The translations under genes were made by a program, and so were the position numbers. Of a stretch of 64,000 nt of DNA, positions 57,183 through 64,000 are shown piece after piece. The stretch is from Minisyncoccia bacterium (GTDB lineage Bacteria > Patescibacteriota > Minisyncoccia > Phycocordibacterales > UBA918). Where the stretch lies: assembly GCA_041742075.1 (NCBI GenBank), contig JBGSJJ010000010.1:165-64164 (forward strand). The letters run 5' to 3'. The notes below the pieces were generated by a model, which was not told where the DNA came from, ran no database searches, and was given only the letters and a program-made list of their open reading frames with translations. Within the stretch, counting starts at the first letter, position 1; every line of letters starts with the position of its first letter.

Positions 57183-58115
57183 TTATCCTAATAAGTCTCG
57201 GAGACTTCTTGTAAGTGTATCCCAGACTGATTTTTCTGTACACACAGTTGTGAGAGCTGACATATCGTACTCTGAAAGCTTTAGGTCAGCTGGTTGCTCT
57301 CCGATGAGGTAATACATGATTGATTGTCTACCTTCAACATGGTCAATCCCCAGGGCATGCCCGAGTTCATGGGCGAGAACCAGCACTAATTCAGCTTCAT
57401 TGGTAAACGTATACACGTTTATTTCGTTACCGCGGTAATCACCTTGGGTAAACTCGCGTGACCTCCCAAACGTCTCGTTGTACTCTCCCACCCCTCGGTT
57501 GTACGTCTCAACCAGGACATTGGCTTCTTTCCCTACCTGGTTTATGTTGTCGACTAGTTGATTAAGTTCACGCGCAGTACTACCTAACTCCCTTTGTTCT
57601 CGGTCAAGCTTAGTTCGCATGCGCTCAAGATCCTCATACACCTCAGGCGGTGCACCGCCATCGTTGTTATATGAAGCTACCAGGTTGTTGTACTTTGTGA
57701 GCTCTGCTTCGTATTCCGCGGAACGCGCTTCATACGCTCCTTTGAGGTCATCGTACTCAGCGGTCAGGGACTGGTACTTTTCCTGCAAGGCTTCGTTTAC
57801 ACTCTCCGCTTGGTTGAGTTTTTCTTGAAAACCAAACTCAGCCTCAGCTTGTTCCTGACGCTCATCAAATACAAAATTCACTTTGAAAGAACTTTCGGCG
57901 TCATAGGTAAACAATTCTTCCGAACCCATTTCCCAAACAGCTTCTGCTTCCCTCAGAACACTAAGTACGGCATCATTTGAAAGATTAAACCGCTCATCTA
58001 CCACACCTAGGCTATACGTAATCGGTACCTGACAAGGCACAAACCGACTGGCGTGAAAATACAGCGCAGACAAAATGACTGCAACTAAAAGTACGATTGA
58101 TAAGGACTGACGCAT
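57183..58115 (-). CDS. Membrane-anchored zinc metalloprotease (metzincin, HExxHxxGxxH) with a coiled-coil region
   Basis: VLAHELGHALGIDHV plus a Met-turn candidate SIMYY. Confidence 0.7.
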   Translation of the reverse strand: MRQSLSIVLLVAVILSALYFHASRFVPCQVPITYSLGVVDERFNLSNDAVLSVLREAEAVWEMGSEELFTYDAESSFKVNFVFDERQEQAEAEFGFQEKLNQAESVNEALQEKYQSLTAEYDDLKGAYEARSAEYEAELTKYNNLVASYNNDGGAPPEVYEDLERMRTKLDREQRELGSTARELNQLVDNINQVGKEANVLVETYNRGVGEYNETFGRSREFTQGDYRGNEINVYTFTNEAELVLVLAHELGHALGIDHVEGRQSIMYYLIGEQPADLKLSEYDMSALTTVCTEKSVWDTLTRSLRDLLG

Positions 58116-58278
58116 AGGCTTCTATAATACCAAGAAGAGTGGGGTTCGACATAACAAAAGCGGCGGCGAGCGGGGACCGTGAGTCGCGTCTCACAATCCC
58201 GGCTCGCCGCCGCTTCCCTCTAACTTACCTAGTATACCGTACTTTAAACAACCACATATGCCTGGGGTGTATAAATGA

Positions 58279-59973
58279 TTACTTATCGTTCAGTCGTTCC
58301 TGAATCTTCTTTCTCGAAAGCTGTTGGGCGGCGTTCATGCTGTGCTGGTAATAGAGTGACTTAATACCAAGCTTCCACGCCTTGATGTAGAGCTGGTTAA
58401 TGTCTTTTACCGGCGTGTCTGGTGGCACCATGACGTTGAGTGACTGGCCCTGGTCAATATAAGGCTGACGTTCAGCTGCTTGTTCAATGATCGCGTTTTG
58501 GTCAATCTCAGCAAAAGTTCTAAACACACTTTTTTCAACATCACTCAAACATTCAAGGTGTTGCACTGAGCCGTCATTATCGCGGATACTATCCCAAATC
58601 TCTTTCTTATCTTCCCCTTTTTCTTTGAGGAGGTCTTCGAGAAATGGGTTCTTAAGCGTCGTCTTCATCTTCTGTACATCTTTGGTGTAGCAGTTACTCC
58701 AGACTGGTTCAATCCCTTGTGATACTTGACCAAGAATAAATGCTGAGGAAGTCGTTGGGGCAATAGCGAGCAAGGTCGTGTTTCTTCGACCATACCCCTT
58801 AAGTACTTCTGGTTCACCAAACTGAGTGGCAAGTGCTTTGGTGGCTTCGTCGGCTTGGGCGCGAATTGTCTTAAACATTTCTACGTTCACCTTCTTAGCT
58901 TCAGCACTTTCAAACGGAATCAGGTTTGCTTGGAGGTACGAGTGGTACCCCAGTACACCAAGACCAAGTGCTCGGTTCGCTTTCGCAAAGTTGTACGCTC
59001 GCTCCATAAAAGTAAAGGCGAGGCGCTTTTCTTTATCTTCACTGTCACGCATCGCCTCGAGCTTTTCAATGAAGTCGGTCATGACCGTATCAAGGAATGA
59101 CACCATAGTTTCAATCAAGTCAGTGTCTTTCCAGGCGTCATAGTGGAGGAGGTTCACTGACGAGAGACAACAGACGAAGGACCATTCTGGTGAACTCGGG
59201 AGCATAATCTCACTGCACATGTTACTTGCGTGAATACGAAGCTTTTTGTCTTTATAGACATCCACCGTATTGTTGTTGGCATTGTCTGTATACAAAATAT
59301 ATGGATACCCCATCTGGCCCCGGCGCTGAATAACTTTTGCCCAGATACCACGCTTCTCTTCGTCGCCGTCAATCATCGACTGCAGCCACTCGTCTCCCAC
59401 CGTCACGCCGTGGGTGAGCTTTTGAATCGGGTTTCCCTCCATACCGATTTCCAAAAACTCGTGCACGTCAGGGTGCTCAAGTGGAAGGTATGGTGAAAGG
59501 TGTCCGCGACGAATGTGTCCCTGACTCACGACATCAACCAGCGTTTCAAACAGTTGCATGAAGTGTACCGAGCCAGAAGATTGACCGTTATCTGAAATGG
59601 ACTTCCCTCGGCCACGCAGTGCTCCAAAGTAGCCAGAACAACCACCACCAAACTTTGTCATCATGCCCACCTCTGCTTCGGTAAACAAAATACTCCCCAT
59701 GTTGTCGTCGACATAGGAACCAAAACAGCTGATAGGTAGTCCTCGCTTAGCACCAAAGTTTGACCACACTGGTGACGCCGGCGAAATCCAACCTTTTGAA
59801 AGATACTCGGTAAACTTTAGAGCAAAACCGGGACGATCTAAAATTTCCTCAGCGCGTTTAGCAATAATCGCAATCCGCTCGTCCGGTGTTTGCCCTTCAA
59901 GCAGGTAGCCACGCTCTAGAAAAAGCCGACTATTATCATTCAACCAGTACCACGGCTCAGTTCGGTTTTTCAT
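58279..59973 (-). CDS. nrdA: Ribonucleoside-diphosphate reductase alpha subunit, short form lacking an N-terminal ATP-cone
   Basis: Catalytic ASNMCSEI, AIAPTTSS and the C-terminal YY pair (SLYYQ). Confidence 0.9.
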   Translation of the reverse strand: MKNRTEPWYWLNDNSRLFLERGYLLEGQTPDERIAIIAKRAEEILDRPGFALKFTEYLSKGWISPASPVWSNFGAKRGLPISCFGSYVDDNMGSILFTEAEVGMMTKFGGGCSGYFGALRGRGKSISDNGQSSGSVHFMQLFETLVDVVSQGHIRRGHLSPYLPLEHPDVHEFLEIGMEGNPIQKLTHGVTVGDEWLQSMIDGDEEKRGIWAKVIQRRGQMGYPYILYTDNANNNTVDVYKDKKLRIHASNMCSEIMLPSSPEWSFVCCLSSVNLLHYDAWKDTDLIETMVSFLDTVMTDFIEKLEAMRDSEDKEKRLAFTFMERAYNFAKANRALGLGVLGYHSYLQANLIPFESAEAKKVNVEMFKTIRAQADEATKALATQFGEPEVLKGYGRRNTTLLAIAPTTSSAFILGQVSQGIEPVWSNCYTKDVQKMKTTLKNPFLEDLLKEKGEDKKEIWDSIRDNDGSVQHLECLSDVEKSVFRTFAEIDQNAIIEQAAERQPYIDQGQSLNVMVPPDTPVKDINQLYIKAWKLGIKSLYYQHSMNAAQQLSRKKIQERLNDK

Positions 59974-60000
59974 AAGACAATCAGAAAGAAATAATAATCG

Positions 60001-61314
60001 TTAGAACAAATCAGCACTTGTAACACTCGTACTTCGCTTGTTGTAGTTAATTGAACGCTTGTTAAAGAAATCAGTGTGCTTGGTAGCAATAACTTCGTTA
60101 TCAAACCAATCTGTTTCTTCAAGAAGAGCTTGGTTCACATCGAAGATACGTGGAAGACCAATAGACGCCAGCGAGTTATTGAAACGATGCTTCACAAACT
60201 CTTTGACGTTGGTTGACGGTAAGAAATCAAGTTCACCAGCTTCATAAATCCAGTCAATTACCTTGCTTTCAGACCGAAACGCTTCTTCACAGGCTTCGAC
60301 AATCTTCGCCTTTGCTTCATCATCAAACCACCCTGGGTGTTCCTTTTTAATGATGTTAATAATATCGATTCCAAACAAGCCGTGAATTTGTTCTTCTTTA
60401 GAAGTCGCCTCAACCGCATTGCTGATTCCTTTGAAGATATCTTTATGTTTATTAAAAGACATAATCACCAGAAACTGTGAGAACAACGACACATGCTCAA
60501 TGAAGAGAGAAAACAAAAGCACGGAGTGCGCGTACTGCTTATTTTCGTCAGTGCGTGAGAGTGAAATCATCTTATCAAGATACGTCACCCGTTCTTGTAA
60601 AACTGGAATTTCTTTTATCTTGGCAAACTCGTCGTTCAGACCCAGTATCTCGAGTAAGTGTGAGTAGGCTTCCATGTGGCGCACTTCACTTTCTGCAAAT
60701 GTTGCCCCGACTGCACCAATTTCAGCCTTCGGCATTTTTTTATAGATGTCTCCCCAAAATGTTTTTACCGCCACCTCAATCTGCGCAATCGCGAGCATCG
60801 CGTTTTTGATAGCACTTCGCTCAACATCAGTCACGTTGACGTGGAAATCCTGTACGTCACTCGTGAATTTAAATTCAGTATGAATCCAGTATGAATGCCT
60901 GATAGCGTCAACGTATTCATGGAGCTCTGGATACTCATACGGCTTCATATGTACACGCTTCTTGAAAATGTCTCGTTCGCGTAACTTCTTACGTTCGTTA
61001 CGATAAATGATGTACGCCTTAGCGGTATCAAAGTAGCCAAGCTCCATCAGAGCTTCTTCGACTAGATCTTGAATCTCTTCCACAGAGGGATAGCCGTCCA
61101 CACACTTCTTTGCTTGCGGATCCCCTGCCTCTGCCGTGCCAGCTTGTACACACATGGCTACAACTTTTTGGTGTACGAGTTCGGCGACTTTGGCTGCATC
61201 TACTTCACCGCCCGCACTTGTTTCTTGAAGGGCTTTAAGGATTGCGTTTTCTACTTTTTTTATCGTGAACGGCTGAACTGAGCCATCTCGTTTTCGTATG
61301 TGTTGGATTTCCAT
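60001..61314 (-). CDS. nrdB: Ribonucleotide reductase beta subunit (ferritin-like R2) with an N-terminal ATP-cone domain
   Basis: ATP-cone MEIQHIRKRDGSVQPFTIKKVENAILKAL, followed by di-iron ligand motifs (SEVRHMEAYSHLLE, FIEHVSLFSQF). Confidence 0.9.
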   Translation of the reverse strand: MEIQHIRKRDGSVQPFTIKKVENAILKALQETSAGGEVDAAKVAELVHQKVVAMCVQAGTAEAGDPQAKKCVDGYPSVEEIQDLVEEALMELGYFDTAKAYIIYRNERKKLRERDIFKKRVHMKPYEYPELHEYVDAIRHSYWIHTEFKFTSDVQDFHVNVTDVERSAIKNAMLAIAQIEVAVKTFWGDIYKKMPKAEIGAVGATFAESEVRHMEAYSHLLEILGLNDEFAKIKEIPVLQERVTYLDKMISLSRTDENKQYAHSVLLFSLFIEHVSLFSQFLVIMSFNKHKDIFKGISNAVEATSKEEQIHGLFGIDIINIIKKEHPGWFDDEAKAKIVEACEEAFRSESKVIDWIYEAGELDFLPSTNVKEFVKHRFNNSLASIGLPRIFDVNQALLEETDWFDNEVIATKHTDFFNKRSINYNKRSTSVTSADLF

Positions 61315-61797
61315 ATGAATGTTGAGTTGCTACTACTTAATAATCGTTATACTCGGTACCCGATTCAAGAAGGCTCTCTCACAAAAAGAACAGTATGGTG
61401 TATGTCCGTTTTTTTTAAGAAAGAATCCGACTGACTGTATTTTGGGTCGGGGCAACAACACACCATGTGGCTGAACATGGCTTTTGTAGTGCTCGCCGGC
61501 ACTACTCTGCGTGTCACCTCCCACTGACACACTCGTTGTGGAGTTAGCGAGTGATACCTAGATTGTAACGTGCTTAGTCAGCTTTTAAAAATAGCGCTCT
61601 AGTGTGCGGTTTTTAGCTTATTTAGCTCTACCGAGTATTAAAAAGTGAGTAAAATAAACCTTTTTATGAACACCCGTAAGAATTGGTCTGCTTGTCCGTC
61701 TGTGGATAGCAATTTACTATCCACCCCCGCAAGTCTTGCGCTCACAATTATAATTATGCATAGTACTGGCAAACCAGTTATTTGAGAGGAGCATGTC

Positions 61798-62235
61798 GTG
61801 AATCAGATGCGGACTATAAGCGACCCGCGCGTGGTATGCGAAGGGTTTGGAGTAGGTTTTCGCCGTGACAAAGACGGCGTAATCGTGTTTCCGCCTCGTG
61901 GTACACGAGGCTTGATTACTCGAAAGTATGACGGCCATGACGAGTTTATGCGCCGTCTCGCAACCACGGACGAATTCGATGACTGCCTCAGGCACGCGCA
62001 CCGCTATGAAAGCCCTCCCCCGGGCATTCTACCTCCGCCTTTTCCGCTTTTGGTGGTGCAATGTTTCTTTCTCCGAAATCTTCTCTGGCGCCACCAGGAA
62101 ACTCCAGGAGACAACTCACTCGCGCAGGCTATAGCGCGTATCTCAACCGCGCTTGGCGATGAGTACAGTCATGTGTTTGAGACCTGCTTCACGTCTGCAA
62201 CAGTTGAAATTAGCACGAGATTGTTAGCTCGGTGA
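61798..62235 (+). CDS. GC-elevated hypothetical protein (145 aa, GTG start) with a proline-rich segment
   Basis: The SD gagaggagc precedes it and a strong terminator follows. Preferred over the antisense ORF 61717..62001. Confidence 0.45.
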   Translation: MNQMRTISDPRVVCEGFGVGFRRDKDGVIVFPPRGTRGLITRKYDGHDEFMRRLATTDEFDDCLRHAHRYESPPPGILPPPFPLLVVQCFFLRNLLWRHQETPGDNSLAQAIARISTALGDEYSHVFETCFTSATVEISTRLLAR

Positions 62236-62243
62236 ACGAGAAC

Positions 62244-62280
62244 GGCCGAAGCGGGTCCCCCCGCTTCGGCCATTTTTTTA
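62244..62280 (+). terminator. Hairpin ggccgaagcggg-tccc-cccgcttcggcc plus T8
   Basis: 12-bp perfect stem and a T-run. Confidence 0.85.
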
Positions 62281-62303
62281 GCACGCGTAGGGTACGAATG
62301 TTT

Positions 62304-62702
62304 TTACTCAGCCTCTTGCCGACGCAGACTATCGCGTATCTCCATCAGGAGTTTCACTTCATCAGACGGTTCTGTTGCTTTTTCAATACTCTCCTTTTGC
62401 GCTTCAGATTTTTTCAATCGAGCTAACAGTTTAATGGCCAGGAAAATTACGAGGGCGACAATAACGAAATCAATCACACTCTGAATAAACACCCCATATT
62501 TTATAACTGCCCCATCGATAGAAAAAGCTTGGCCCGAAAAATCGATACCGCCCATCAGCAACCCCATACTCGGGGTAATAATATTTTCAACCAGTGACGT
62601 GACGATCTTTCCAAACGCCGCTCCAATCACGACCGCTACCGCTAAGTCGACTACGTTGCCTTTTACCGCAAAGGCTTTAAACTCTTGAATAAATTCTTTC
62701 AT
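62304..62702 (-). CDS. mscL: Large-conductance mechanosensitive channel
   Basis: [29 protein letters not shown]1 signature. Confidence 0.9.
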   Translation of the reverse strand: MKEFIQEFKAFAVKGNVVDLAVAVVIGAAFGKIVTSLVENIITPSMGLLMGGIDFSGQAFSIDGAVIKYGVFIQSVIDFVIVALVIFLAIKLLARLKKSEAQKESIEKATEPSDEVKLLMEIRDSLRRQEAE

Positions 62703-62936
62703 AAATATTTCTGTACCGATTACTCTACACTAAAAAATAAGCTTGGCTACATAAAAACCAATCCCTGCCCCCAACACAAAGGTAAAAAAAACCGCTACCA
62801 TGAGTGCTTCTTTGTCCATAGTTGTATTGTAGCGCACTCAAAAAACTTTTACACGACAGGCTCGACTTTTTGACTAAAAATAGGTATAACTGTCCACGAC
62901 GTGAAGTCAGCCGTCGGCAGACCTCACCGAACAAAC

Positions 62937-63012
62937 TGGCGGCTATCGTATAACGGTTATTACTTCGGTTTGTGGTACCGGAAACCAGGGTTCGATTCCC
63001 TGTAGCCGCCCC
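62937..63012 (+). tRNA. tRNA-His (anticodon GTG) with G-1 and an encoded CCA
   Basis: Cloverleaf: G-1, acceptor GCGGCTA/TAGCCGC, anticodon arm TCGGT-TTGTGGT-ACCGG, T arm CAGGG-TTCGATT-CCCTG, discriminator C, then CCA. Confidence 0.85.
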
Positions 63013-63928
63013 AAGATAGAATGAGCTCAGCATAACGAGCATTTCGTGTTGCTACATCAAGGTTTTCTTCCAGTTCGATCCGCTTAAACTCAACTTCGAG
63101 AGCTGGATAGGCTTTTTCTATTGGAACGAACCAATCGTTCTTTGTTATCAACACATTTTTGTCTTTCAAGATATAGTTCTGACCAAGCGCAGCAAATATC
63201 TCACGCTTCTGCTGAATTGTTCCTACATAGAATTCTTTACGAGCATATCGTGCAAAGTTAAATGTTAGCTCAGTTAGTTCAAGCCACTTCTCTGCTCGAC
63301 ACTCTGTTGATTCAAGACCAAGTTTGAGCGTAACCAATTGACTCTTCAACGAATCACGCTGGCGAATAAACTCCTCATCATCAATTAAATTTCGGTAACG
63401 CATCTGTGTTAGCGTATCAAGCTCTTTTTGTGTTTGATTATAGGTACGCTGTTGCTGTTCGTATATTTTGGTCCGATCTGTTATCTCTTTATCGTTCTCA
63501 CGACTAATGATTTCAATCGCCCACTCCTGAAACTTTGGCAAGATCGTGAAGCGTTCCAATTCGATATCAACCTGACGCTCAAACTCATCCAATGTCAGTC
63601 TGTCTTGAGTACAGGTGTTTTTTCCTGCCTCATTCTTTTTCTTTCCTGTGCAGTGATAGTAGCTGTATGTCTTTAATTCTCCAGTCTTCTTCACAATCTT
63701 CTGCTTCACGGTACAAGTACACATACTGCCGCACTCACCGCACAATACGATGCCTGTAAATGCTGAATCATGCACTTGTCTTCGTGGCTTTCCCTTACGA
63801 CCAAGAATGATTTGTGCCTTGTCATACTCCTCAATACTAATCATCGGCTTGTGATTGCCTTTATACAGCGTCCCAGACCACTCAAAAAGTCCAGTGTAGA
63901 ACTGAAAGGTACCCCTTTCTTTGCACAC
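62960..63928 (-). pseudogene. N-terminally truncated large serine recombinase (zinc-ribbon plus coiled-coil C-terminal half only); its 3' end reads antisense through tRNA-His
   Basis: CGECGSMCTCT...YYHCTG zinc ribbon, then a long coiled coil. There is an in-frame stop 27 nt upstream of the GTG start. No resolvase catalytic domain is found in any frame before the window end. Confidence 0.6.
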
Positions 63929-64000
63929 AGTTTCTAAAGTATTATCATTTAGAAACTAACTATGGCAAAGCAAGGATTTAGAATTGCAAAAGAAATTAAG

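Noticed and set aside
61717-62001. Minus-strand 94-aa ORF
   Set aside because: It overlaps the plus-strand 61798..62235 gene, which has an SD, a GTG start and a strong downstream terminator.
62725-63042. Minus-strand 105-aa ORF
   Set aside because: It runs antisense across the tRNA-His gene and the intergenic region. No SD. Explained by the tRNA.

Overview
This window comes from a low-GC (about 42%) small-genome bacterium. Its gene content and layout look CPR/Patescibacteria-like: short genes, strong minus-strand bias, rplA missing between rplK and rplJ, and insertions in the rRNA. The window opens inside a minus-strand 23S rRNA gene (about 2.4 kb, including the 5' end) that carries two insertions. 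It then runs through mscS, a GC-rich ParB-nuclease gene, and an HTH regulator whose 3' end is duplicated. Next come rplJ-rplL, a roughly 4.3 kb very AT-rich island of membrane/secreted proteins, an IS200/RAYT-like HUH transposase flanked by hairpins, and a large acidic peptidoglycan-binding surface protein. Further genes are ftsK, recA, an ECF sigma with a candidate anti-sigma, efp, rpsF-ssb-rpsR, an M15 peptidase, tatD, a TrpR-like HTH gene flanked by identical palindromes, metG, glyQS and recO. ileS carries an inserted histidine-phosphatase domain and a polyproline uORF plus terminator in its leader. After that come a beta-CA-like/SulP pair, argS, and a thymidylate cluster (glyA-mazG-dut-tmk-tandem thyX-long dcd). 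A GC-elevated tandem array of four unknown proteins sits where rplA would be expected, followed by rplK-nusG-secE, a SIMPL protein, a metzincin, a class I RNR with the ATP-cone on NrdB, mscL, and tRNA-His overlapped antisense by an N-terminally truncated large serine recombinase. Several short, GC-rich, self-contained ORFs (SD plus terminator) and two duplicated gene 3' ends suggest past integration events. No CRISPR array, 16S or 5S rRNA was seen.
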